Assembly (NCBI GenBank): GCA_964343875.1
Contig: CAYFJW010000002.1
Span: forward strand, 73,246 to 137,245
Direction of reading: 5' to 3'
DNA: 64,000 bases
Source of the DNA: Candidatus Woesearchaeota archaeon
Lineage (GTDB): Archaea; Nanobdellota; Nanobdellia; SCGC-AAA011-G17; UBA489
The position numbers were made by a program, and so were the translations under genes. Under the pieces are notes generated by a model that saw only the letters and a program-made list of their open reading frames with translations, was not told where the DNA came from and did no database searches. Positions within the stretch are counted from its first letter, which is position 1. Each line of letters starts with the position of its first letter. Positions 28,923-38,102 of this stretch are shown here, piece after piece.

Positions 28923-29667
28923 ATGATCAGTAAGCTTTTAAGTCTAGAATTTGATTGTATGGTATGACTAGGTTAGAATGCCGGGTAGAAGAATTCCTTG
29001 CAAATAACAAAGACATAATTAAAATAGGAAATATTTTTTCCTGTTCACGCTCACCATATAAAGTTAAACTTCCAACTGAATTTACATCGGAATTATGTAG
29101 GTTCATAGGAATTTTACATGGTGACGGAAATATGTCTTTTTCAAGAATTCTGATATCTGACAAGTCTTTACTATATCACAAAAATGTGCTTTGCAAAATT
29201 TTCCAAAGTCTATTTGGAATAAAACTACGCCTTTTTGAAGATAAGAAAAGACACACCTATTACAGCCATATAAAGAGTAAAATCATCTACAAATATCTCG
29301 ATGAGGTTTTAGAGGTACCAAGGGGTTCAATTAGAAAGAATCTATTTGTTCCCATTTATCTAAAAAACCTATCCAATGAGCTTCAAGCAAGTTACTTCGG
29401 TGGTTTGTTTGATTCTGAGGGTTATGTAAGTAAAAGACAAGCACAAGCTAACTTTTACACAACCAACAAAGAGATATTTGACTTTGTTAAGTCCTTCCTA
29501 AAATCAAATAATATAGATTTTAGTGTTTATACAAGAACAAGGAGACCTAACAAAGAGTATGAGATTTACATCTACAGTAAGGAACGTCTCAAAAAATTAC
29601 ATAACTTAATTCAAATAAGACATCCTGAAAAACTTTCTAGATTACACATGTTTTCTGTTCACTAAAT
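28923..29667 (+). mobile_element. Archaeal BHB intron in 16S after E. coli-equivalent U793 (745 nt)
   Basis: 4-bp helix UUAG/CUAA, two AUA bulges, intron terminal stem UGAUCAGUAAGC/GUUUUCUGUUCA; removal restores GGAUUAGAUACCCG. Confidence 0.93.
28964..29665 (+). CDS. Intron-encoded two-motif LAGLIDADG homing endonuclease
   Basis: FIGILHGDG and YFGGLFDSEG motifs; stop TAA lies in the BHB helix. Start taken as ATG 28964 (TTG 28955 possible). Confidence 0.88.
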   Translation: MTRLECRVEEFLANNKDIIKIGNIFSCSRSPYKVKLPTEFTSELCRFIGILHGDGNMSFSRILISDKSLLYHKNVLCKIFQSLFGIKLRLFEDKKRHTYYSHIKSKIIYKYLDEVLEVPRGSIRKNLFVPIYLKNLSNELQASYFGGLFDSEGYVSKRQAQANFYTTNKEIFDFVKSFLKSNNIDFSVYTRTRRPNKEYEIYIYSKERLKKLHNLIQIRHPEKLSRLHMFSVH

Positions 29668-30561
29668 ACCCGTGTAGTCCCAGCAGTAAACGCTGCCCAT
29701 TATGTGTTGTGTATCCCACGAGGGTATGCAGTGCCGTAGCGAAGGCGTTAAATGGGCCACCTGGGTAGTACGGTCGCAAGACTGAAACTTTAAGGAATTG
29801 GCGGGGGAGCACTACAATCGGTGACGCGTGCGGTTTAATTTAACTCCACACAGAACATCTCACCATGGGCGACGGCAGGATGAAGGTCAGATTAAAGGTC
29901 TTACCTAACGAGCCGAGAGATGTTGCATGGCCGCCGTCAGCTCGTGCCGCAAGGTGTCCGGTTAAGTCCGGCAACGAGCAAGACCTGTGTTTTTATTTGC
30001 TAACGAGTTCTCCGGAATGATCGAGCACAATAAAGAGACTGCCTTGGTAACAAGGAGGAAGGTGCAGGCAACGGTAGGTCTGTATGACTCGAATCTCATG
30101 GGCTACACGCGCGCGGCAATGGCTAGTACAATTGGATGCAACGCCGAAAGGCGAAGCTAATCCCCGAAAGCTAGTCTTAGTTCAGATTGAGGGTTGTAAC
30201 TCACCCTCATGACGCTGGAATCGATAGTAATCGCTTGTCATCAGCAAGCGGTGAATACGTCCCTGTTCCTTGCACACACTGCCCGTCAAATCAACCGAGC
30301 AGGGTCTGAGTGAGAATTGTATTACGGTGCGATTCGAACTTAGATTCAGTGAGGTGGGTTAAGTCGTCACAAGGTATCCGTAGGGGAACCTGCGGATGGA
30401 TCACCTCCTATTTATTTTATTAAGCAAGAATCTTTTTACGTTACCAACCAAAAATTCATACCCACACTTACTTTCTTTAAATTCTAAAACTTTAAAAACA
30501 GCAAATTTTACGAATCAAGTAGCGGGCCTGTAGTTAAATCTGGTATAACGCTGCCCTTGCA

Positions 30562-31015
30562 TAAGAACCATACATAAAGAAAGAATGTTTTAAATGAACA
30601 TGCCTTTCAAGAATCCCAAGGTTCTAAAAAGGTACCAAAAAGAATGGTACCAAAGGAAGAAAGAAGGACTTCCTACAAAAACCAAAACAAACCTTTCACC
30701 AGAAACTGTAAGAAAAAACAAATCTGAAAGAAAACAGATTTGGAATCAAAAAAACAGACAAACAAAAAACCAGATAATTCAAAAAGAACTTGGAAACAAG
30801 TGTCTCTTTTGTGGTTATGGGTTAAGGTTGGTCTGCCATAGAAAAGACGGAAGAGTACATAGGAAATTCAGTGATTTAACTGTTAAAAAACTTCAAAAAG
30901 AAGTTGAAACGGGAAATTACGTTCGTGTGTGTTTTAAATGTCACAAGGCAGTTCACTGGTGTATGGAAATGTTAGGTTTAACCTGGGACGAAATAAAAGA
31001 AGGGTTTTTCAAGTG
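30562..31015 (+). mobile_element. 454-nt protein-coding BHB tRNA intron
   Basis: Helix CUUG/CAAG, bulges CA|U and UG|A, intron stem AAGAACC/GGUUUUU. Confidence 0.93.
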
Positions 31016-31016
31016 A
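30594..31016 (+). CDS. tRNA-intron-encoded HNH-like (His-Me finger) zinc-binding protein
   Basis: Basic N-terminal helix; CLFCG...LVCHRKD...NYVRVCFKCHKAVH pattern. Confidence 0.75.
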   Translation: MNMPFKNPKVLKRYQKEWYQRKKEGLPTKTKTNLSPETVRKNKSERKQIWNQKNRQTKNQIIQKELGNKCLFCGYGLRLVCHRKDGRVHRKFSDLTVKKLQKEVETGNYVRVCFKCHKAVHWCMEMLGLTWDEIKEGFFK

Positions 31017-31090
31017 GGCGGAGGCTCCGGGTTCAAATCCCGGCGGGTCCACTCTTTCTTAATAACTGGAGTTGTAAGGTATGCACCTTA

Positions 31091-32350
31091 CTATTGAGGG
31101 TTTGGGTATTCATCTTGACGAATCTTTTTAAAACTTAGATTAGTAAAAATATTAGTCCTTTTTTGAATTTCTTTCATCTTCTTTCTCTCTTCATCTGTCC
31201 ATTTGGGGATGTATAGAAAACAAAAATCATAAGAGCAGATTGGCCTGATTTTCATTTCTGTTGCAATGCCAATCACTTTTTTATTTTCCTCAAATTTGCC
31301 TCTAGCAATAAAACAGGCATTGCCCAAATATGCTTTTCTTTTCTCACGAGAGATCCCATCCTTTAAGAAAACAAAACAATAGGTCGTATCGCCGCATGGC
31401 ATGATCCTCCTAAATGTATCTTTTTCTTTTTCATTGTGTGCAAGAAGATGTGCCTCATAAAATGATTTTGATAGGAGCCTTCTATAAAACCTATTTGGTC
31501 GTGCTAACTCTTTAGCCACTCTTTCATAATCCTCTCCACAGGTATGGGCACGATTAATGATACTATCCCAACCATAGCTAATTTTGTCCTCTTCCCTTTT
31601 GGCCAGGTATTCCGGCCTTTTTTGTAATTCACTCCATAACCCCTCATTAAGCATGGTCATGCTTGTTTCCTTGAGGTTATCAAAACTTCTTTTATTTAGT
31701 ATATAATAAGCCAGGAGTTCCTTTTCGCCACCCATTAATATGATCTGATTTTCAAATCCAACAAGTTTTTCTTTTTCTTCTAGGTATTGAATAAAATCTT
31801 GAATAGTATCTAGCTCGTTCAAGATTATCTCAGTGGATTCTCTTGTAAAAACATGGATTACTTGACCTTTTACATCTTCAATAAAAGAGAAATAATCCTC
31901 ATCTTCTCCAAGAAGCGCAGAGACAGCATATATCTTTTTGATCTGTTTTGAATCAAAGATCTCTTCTCCTCGCCTCGGATTCTCCAACTTAATATCAAGG
32001 TCTAGATTAAAAAGTCTGTTTTTTGCAGTTAATATTTGACTCAGATTCTTCTGAACTTCTGATTTTTTGTATTTCATGTTTTTATCCAACTTTAAGTCTT
32101 TAATCTGCCAAATAACAGCAATATCATCGTAGATGATCAACAAATCACAAAGTTCCTTACCATTTGGAAGTTTTGGATTCATATAGCACCAATCTTCCAA
32201 AAATGATTTTTTTGCCAACTCCTGAACAAAATTTTCAGCATTCTTGCCCTTCAAACGGAGTTGATAGCCCAAGTTAGAATTATTCATACAACACTTTTTA
32301 TACTTTTTTTCACTTCCACATGGACACTTTTGATTCTTACTAATCTTCAT
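31091..32350 (-). CDS. SEC-C motif protein with a probable NERD/PD-(D/E)XK-like domain
   Basis: NQKCPCGSEKKYKKCC; GKNAE...ELCDLLIIY...IWQIK. Start taken at ATG 32350 (TTG 32386 possible). Confidence 0.7.
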   Translation of the reverse strand: MKISKNQKCPCGSEKKYKKCCMNNSNLGYQLRLKGKNAENFVQELAKKSFLEDWCYMNPKLPNGKELCDLLIIYDDIAVIWQIKDLKLDKNMKYKKSEVQKNLSQILTAKNRLFNLDLDIKLENPRRGEEIFDSKQIKKIYAVSALLGEDEDYFSFIEDVKGQVIHVFTRESTEIILNELDTIQDFIQYLEEKEKLVGFENQIILMGGEKELLAYYILNKRSFDNLKETSMTMLNEGLWSELQKRPEYLAKREEDKISYGWDSIINRAHTCGEDYERVAKELARPNRFYRRLLSKSFYEAHLLAHNEKEKDTFRRIMPCGDTTYCFVFLKDGISREKRKAYLGNACFIARGKFEENKKVIGIATEMKIRPICSYDFCFLYIPKWTDEERKKMKEIQKRTNIFTNLSFKKIRQDEYPNPQ

Positions 32351-32453
32351 TCTTCTCAAGTTCTTTTTGTCAGATCTTATCTCCAATTCTAACTTATAAA
32401 CTTATATTATGTCAAGGATTGGCCGTTAGCACCCAAAAACCACACACCAAAAT

Positions 32454-32470
32454 CCTTATAAACCCAAAAT
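32454..32470 (+). promoter_or_regulatory. Independent 23S rRNA promoter (TATA box)
   Basis: CCTTATAAACCCAAAAT, one mismatch to the 16S promoter element. Confidence 0.65.
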
Positions 32471-33828
32471 AGAAGAAATCTCTACCAATCATGAAATAAT
32501 GATTGATTGGTTTTTGCGAGTTATTAGATTTATTCTAGATAGTCTGCAAAATTACAGATGCAGCTCTTAAGCCGTCCAAGCTTTTGGGTGAAGTGTAAGT
32601 ATTGGAAAAATTAAACGTTGAGAATCGTTTTGATTAAACTTTTCTCAAAAGTTTAGATCATATTTACAGTGCATAGGAAGAGTCAAGGTCTTTATACAAG
32701 TTTAGTATAAGTATATAGATTAACCTACGCTATTAGGTGGATGACTCGGCTTGGGCAGCGATGAAGGGCGTGGCAAGCTACGAAATGTTACGGCGAGGCG
32801 CATGCAGCCTTTGAACCGTAAATTCCCGAATGGGACTTCCTGTCTCATGACAGTCCGGAAGGACGGCGCACCCAGGGAAGTAAAGCGTTACAGTACCTGG
32901 AGGAAAAGAAATCAAACGAGATGTTGTTAGTAAGGGCGACTGAACACAACTTAGGGCAAACTGAATCTTACCAGTAATGGTTAAGAGATGTGGTGTTGCA
33001 GGATTTGTTTTAGTTCCCTAGTCTTCTAATTCAAATTTGCTGGAAAGCAAAACCATAGAGGGTGATAGTCCCGTAGAAGAACGAAGATGGGCTTACAAAT
33101 ATCCTGAGTAGGATGCATTGGAAATTGCGTTCGAATCTGGGAGGCATCAACTTCCAACCCTAAATATAACCCAAGTCCGATAGAGTATAGTACAGTGATG
33201 GAACGTTGAAAAGAACTCTTAACAGAGAGTCAAAAGAGCCTGAAACCTAATAGTTATTGAGAGATACGGCCTTTCGGGGTTGTATCGTGCGTTTCGAATA
33301 ACGAGCCAGGGAGTTTTTTTCTGTGGCAAGAGTAATTGCTTACGGCAAGTACTCGCAGGGAAACCAATTGTCCGCAGTTTACGAGGGACATGGTATTAAT
33401 GTGCCATAAGTCACAGGAAAATTACCCGAAACCGGTCGATCTAACCTACAGCAGGATGAAGCGAACTTGATCGTTCGTGGAGGTCCGAAGCGGTGCTGTG
33501 TGCATGCGTTCGTGTGACTGTTGGTTAGGGGTGAAAAGCCAATCGAGATCGGTAATAGCTGGTTCCTGCCGAAATAAGCCTAAGTTTAGTCTCGACGGAG
33601 ATCGCATATGCGGTAGAGCCACGGATTTGTGAGTTTGGGGGAGAAATCCTTCGCTTACTTGTTCAACTCCGAACGTGTATGCATCGTAGAAGTCGGGAAA
33701 AAGGGGCGCTGGGGTAAACTTGCGTCTCTATGGGGGAACAACCCTCTCTATGGTTAAGGTCCCAAAGTGTTTACTAAGTGTTAAAGGGCGAAGGGTGTGC
33801 GTCACCCGAGACAGATGGGAGGTATGCC

Positions 33829-33867
<39 letters not shown>

Positions 33868-34675
33868 CATTCAAGGTTACGTGCCCTGAAAATGGACGGG
33901 GCTAAGTAAATCACCGATACCATAGTCCTCCGCAAGGAGTGAGGTAGGCAGGCGCTCTGCGTGGGCAGAAGCTTTTTCGTAAGAATTAGTGGACCGCGTT
34001 GAGATGAGAATCCTGGTAGTAGTAGGATCTATATACGGTAAGAATCCGTAATGCCGGAAGCCCGAGGGTTTCTTCGCAATGTTCGTCATCGAAGAGTAAG
34101 TCGGTCCTAACCCATGTCCTAATTGGTCTAGAGGGAAGGGGAAACAGGTTAAGATTCCTGTACTACATACATACGTGCGGCAACGCAAGGCATATTTTTG
34201 ACATTTCGGGCTACACCGATAGGTGTCGTCGCGTCTATTAACTTGGATAAATCTGGTAAGTATCGTAATGATGAGACCCAGATTAAACGAGGAATAGCGG
34301 TCCTGTGGATCGTTCGGTAGATGCCTGGAATCCGTGAAAAGAAAATATGCAAGGATTGTATGTAACCGTACCAAGAACCAACACTGGTGTGGCTAGCTGA
34401 GAAAGCTAAGGCATGAAGGTTTAAACTAGCTTAGGGAATTCGACACATTAGCCCTGTGCCTTCGGTATAAGGGGTCCCTGCGTCTGTATATTCAGTATGC
34501 GGATACAGGGTTCAAATATCAAGGGGCTCCGACTGTTTAATAAAAACGTAGCGTTTCGCAAGCCTGCAAAGGTGTGTATGGAACGTGACATCTGCCCAGT
34601 GCCTGTATCTCAAACTCCTTTTCAAGGGAACTAAGGACAGGTAAACGGCGGGAATAACTATGATTCTCTTAAGGT

Positions 34676-35394
34676 AAGCACTAAAAGTTGCCTTAGTAAA
34701 ATTTGGCTATATGCTGGAACGTCTGAGTATCCCACACTACCGAATCGAATTAATTTCGATGAATTCATCTCGAATTTTTTAAATTCAAAACGATAGGTAA
34801 AAATGTGATGGGTGCAGATAATCAGCAGGAAAGGCTAGATCCAAATTGGATTGTCGGTTTTGTCGATGGTGAAGGTTGTTTTTATGTAGCAATAAACAAG
34901 TTACAAAAAATGACTTTGGGTTGGCAAGTTCTTCCGGAAGTTAGAATTGTTCAACATCAACGTGATGAAAAGATTCTACATCAAATTCAAAACTATTTTG
35001 GTTTTGGAAATGTTGTAGTAAATAATGGAGACAGAAAAGAAGTAAGATTTAGAGGGATGGAAAACCTTAACAAAATTTGTAATTTTTTTAAGAAATATCC
35101 ATTACAAACTTCTAAACAAAAAAACTTTGAAATGTTTTCAAAAATTATCACAATGATGAACAACAAAGAACATCTAACAAATGAAGGTTTGAACAAAATT
35201 GCAAATCTAACATCAAAGATGAATAGACAAACAAAATCCAAATATCTAGAATCCTCAGAGACTACACGCCAAACATAAGAAGTTTTTCTTATGAAGATAT
35301 AGTCCGACCCTTGCAGCGATGTAAGGAGGTTAACAGAAATGTTAATCCGCCATGTAAATGGTCAGTAGTTCGAAAGAATGAAGTAACAGATGTG
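34676..35394 (+). mobile_element. Group I intron at LSU position 1931 (719 nt)
   Basis: P1 UAAGGU|AA with UUGCCUUA (U.G splice pair), P3 UUUGGC/GCCAAA, P AUGCUGGAA, Q AAUCAGCAGG, R UCAGAGACUACA, S AAGAUAUAGUCC, terminal G35394; removal restores AAGGU-AGCG. Confidence 0.93.
34805..35278 (+). CDS. Intron-encoded single-motif LAGLIDADG homing endonuclease
   Basis: WIVGFVDGEGCF motif; the ORF overlaps the Q and R core elements. Confidence 0.9.
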   Translation: MMGADNQQERLDPNWIVGFVDGEGCFYVAINKLQKMTLGWQVLPEVRIVQHQRDEKILHQIQNYFGFGNVVVNNGDRKEVRFRGMENLNKICNFFKKYPLQTSKQKNFEMFSKIITMMNNKEHLTNEGLNKIANLTSKMNRQTKSKYLESSETTRQT

Positions 35395-36426
35395 AGCGCA
35401 ATACCCTGCCGATTGAATGTCGGCTTGCATGAATGGTGTAACGAGGGTCCCATTGTCCCAAGCTAGTGTCCTCCGAACATACTGTACTGGTGTGAAGGCC
35501 AGTGACCTCCAGTGGGAAGCGAAGACCCCGTAGAACTTTACTACAGCTTGTCGTTGCGGTATAATGCTTAGTGTATAGTATAAGTGGGAGCTGTTCGATG
35601 TCCAACTCGTTAGGGTTGGTCTAGGCGAAAGTGTAATACCACTCTCTTTGTATTGTATCGCTAACTCTCCATGAGAGAACATCGACTGGTGGGTAGTTTG
35701 GCTGGGGCGGCACCCTGCTGAAAAGATATCAGTAGGGCCCAAAGGTAAGCTCAGATGGTTTAGAAATCCATCGTAGAGTGCAAGAGCAAAAGCTTGCCTC
35801 ACTGAGTTCCAACCGTTAAGGAATTCAGGGACGAAAGTCTGGTCTAGCGAACCCCTATGTCCTTATTGATGAGGGCTAGGTATGACAGAAAAGCTATCTC
35901 GGGGATAATTGAGTTGTAGCGCCTAAGAGTTCAAATCGACGGCGCTGCTTGCTACTTCGTTGTCGGCTCTTCGCATCCTGGAAGTGCAGAAGCTTCCAAG
36001 GGTACGGGTGTTCACCGGTTAAAGCGGATCGTGAGCTGGGTTAAGAACGTCGTGAGACAGTTTGTATGATATCTACTGGGGGTGTTAAAGTCTGAGTGGA
36101 AGGATCTTTTAGTACGAGAGGAACAAAGGTTCGGCGCCACTGGTCTATCAGTTGTCCGACAGGGCAGGCTGAGCAGCTACGCGCCAAGGGATAAGAGCTG
36201 AAAGCATCTAAGCTCGAAACCCACCGCGAAAATAGACTTAGAGTACCTGCAGAAGACAGGTTTGATAGGGTCGGGGTGTAAGTGCCGAGGCAACGAGGCA
36301 TTCAGCCCGCGATTACTAATAACTCTTTTTATCTATATACTTAGAAAATTTATAGGTCTTGACTCTTTCTGTGTATCTTTTTTTAATTTTATTAAGAACT
36401 AGTTATTACTTTAAAGAATTAATTTA

Positions 36427-37587
36427 TTACAAAAGTTTGTAAACTTGTTCAACAATATTTTCTGTTGCTCTTCCATCCGGCTTAAATCTTCCAAAGTTTG
36501 GACAATATTTCCCAACTCCACCTTCTAAAAAAGCCTCAACTGCAGGCAAAGCTCTTTCCGCGTCATCTGCTCTAAATGTTACACCAATTCTATTTGTTGG
36601 TAATCTATCTCCTTCATATCCTGGTTGCATACTTATTGCAGGAATTCCCGCAATCGCAGCTTCAACAGCACAAGTTGAAAAAGGAGTTGCAACAACATCA
36701 GATGCAAGTACGCCATCAAAAGGTTTTACATCAACTAATTTAATTCCATAAAATTGATCAATAACATCTCCAATCTCTTTTTGTTCTTCTTCAGGCATTC
36801 TTCCATGCAAACTTACTCTAATCTTTAAGTCGGGCCTCATCACATTAACACGCACTAAAGATAATATATTATCTAAATCCCAATATCCATGATCATGCTC
36901 GCCATCCGCCTTATGAGCCTTAAACGCATTCCCTACATAAAATAAAACTTTATCATCTTCACCAATATTCATAGCTTCTCTAACACTAAATCTATCTGCA
37001 CCACTAAATGTTCTTGCTTTATCAGCAACAGTTTGATGATATGGATTTCCTGTTGGAACAATTCTTATTCCTCTCGGTTGTGCACCAACTTCCAAATCAC
37101 CGCCTTCTCTTACCCATGCTTGAATCAATTCATCTCTTGCAAATTGATCAGGAACACACATAACATCTGGCACAACGCCCAATGGTTCGCCCTTTGTTAA
37201 ATCTCTTAATCTTAATCCATAATCTCCCCAGAAATCTAAAACTCCTATGGTTGGAAGTCCAACTTTTTTAGCTGCAAGCGTCAATGCTTTTTCAGGACCA
37301 TTATGTTCCTTTTCCGTACTTGAACCCACCAAAACTAAATCGGGCTGAAGCATACCTAAAACTCTTTCAGCCTCTTTAACCGTAATATCTTCCAATCCCC
37401 CATTATTGCCTAGGTCTTCCCATTCTCTAAAATCAAAACCGTTTTCTCTGAATGCAATTGTCGCAGGTTTCAAACCAAGAGGATAAGTTACAAACCCTTC
37501 ATCTCCATCTAACAATCTAATCACAGGAGAAATTGCATTCGCACTCCCAAAATGATGTGCTGCCGCCAAAACCCTCAACTTTGTCAT
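36427..37587 (-). CDS. GT-B fold glycosyltransferase/epimerase-like protein
   Basis: GSANAI, PDLVLVG, TGNPY, SDVV..FST.AVEAAIAGIP. Confidence 0.65.
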   Translation of the reverse strand: MTKLRVLAAAHHFGSANAISPVIRLLDGDEGFVTYPLGLKPATIAFRENGFDFREWEDLGNNGGLEDITVKEAERVLGMLQPDLVLVGSSTEKEHNGPEKALTLAAKKVGLPTIGVLDFWGDYGLRLRDLTKGEPLGVVPDVMCVPDQFARDELIQAWVREGGDLEVGAQPRGIRIVPTGNPYHQTVADKARTFSGADRFSVREAMNIGEDDKVLFYVGNAFKAHKADGEHDHGYWDLDNILSLVRVNVMRPDLKIRVSLHGRMPEEEQKEIGDVIDQFYGIKLVDVKPFDGVLASDVVATPFSTCAVEAAIAGIPAISMQPGYEGDRLPTNRIGVTFRADDAERALPAVEAFLEGGVGKYCPNFGRFKPDGRATENIVEQVYKLL

Positions 37588-37692
37588 AAGTTTATCCCGT
37601 CCAACTTCCTTTTAAAAGTTTCCATCAAAAAGTAGTAACCAATTAAAAAAGCCATCAACAATATTATAAACTCCAAGACATCTAAAAAAGAC

Positions 37693-37764
37693 ATGAAACC
37701 AAACTTTTGGCTTATAATAATCGTTATAATAATCCTCTATTTCTTACTAAAAGCAATATTCTAG
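37693..37764 (+). CDS. 23-aa single-TM microprotein (not in the ORF track)
   Basis: MKPNFWLIIIVIIILYFLLKAIF; TTATAAA box at 37664-37670 in leaderless spacing. Confidence 0.45.
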   Translation: MKPNFWLIIIVIIILYFLLKAIF

Positions 37765-37862
37765 TTTGAAAAGAGAGGGGAAAGAGTAAAGATTTCTTTA
37801 TTTTTATAGATCTTTCGGCCACATAGCAAAACTTATAATCAGTTGTCATTCTTCAGTGAATC

Positions 37863-38063
37863 ATGGCAAGATATAGACTTAGTAAGGCCAAAAAACAGGA
37901 GCAAAGACAAAACGATAGAAGACTTATAGAATGCGAAGCTCTAGCACTAGCCGCATTTCCACATATCCATAGAGAATATTTACAAAGGCATAGGGTTGAA
38001 GGTCTAACAGAAGAGGAAGCAAGAACATTTGTTCATAAGGTCCATTATGGAAACATCTCTTGA
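37863..38063 (+). CDS. Short ORF, probably the N-terminus of the downstream gene separated by one in-frame TGA
   Basis: Same frame as 38103; no further stop between 38064 and 38102; TATA-like CTTATAAT upstream. Confidence 0.45.
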   Translation: MARYRLSKAKKQEQRQNDRRLIECEALALAAFPHIHREYLQRHRVEGLTEEEARTFVHKVHYGNIS

Positions 38064-38102
38064 AGGAACGCTCCAACGCTTCTTCGCAGAGCACTTGGTA
38101 GA

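Larger units (their letters stand above)
28197..30409 (+). rRNA. rrs: 16S rRNA, archaeal, interrupted by intron 28923-29667 (mature ~1468 nt)
   Basis: ATTCCCGTTGATCCTGCGGGA start, GTGCCAGCCGCCGCGGTAA, AAACTTTAAGGAATTG, GGATCACCTCCT end. Confidence 0.98.
28119..30462 (+). other. Pre-16S processing stem with a canonical bulge-helix-bulge motif
   Basis: GGUAUGAAU-UGGU-AGA-UGGUAGCG (28119-28142) pairs with CGUUACCA-ACCA-AAA-AUUCAUACC (30439-30462). Confidence 0.85.
30524..31051 (+). tRNA. tRNA-Ala(UGC) with an intron at 37/38 (exons 30524-30561 and 31016-31051)
   Basis: Acceptor GGGCCTG/CGGGTCC with G3:U70, D arm GTTA/TAAC, anticodon stem CTGCC/GGCGG, T arm CCGGG-TTCAAAT-CCCGG, discriminator A, no encoded CCA. 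Confidence 0.95.

Noticed and set aside
33877..36301. Several minus-strand ORFs of 67-165 aa
   Set aside because: Antisense shadows of the 23S rRNA and its intron.
36329..36426. 5S rRNA after the 23S
   Set aside because: Only the processing-stem strand and a T-rich tract are present.
38061..38063. Genome-wide UGA reassignment
   Set aside because: Many genes end in UGA with ATGA overlaps, and Trp is encoded by TGG throughout.
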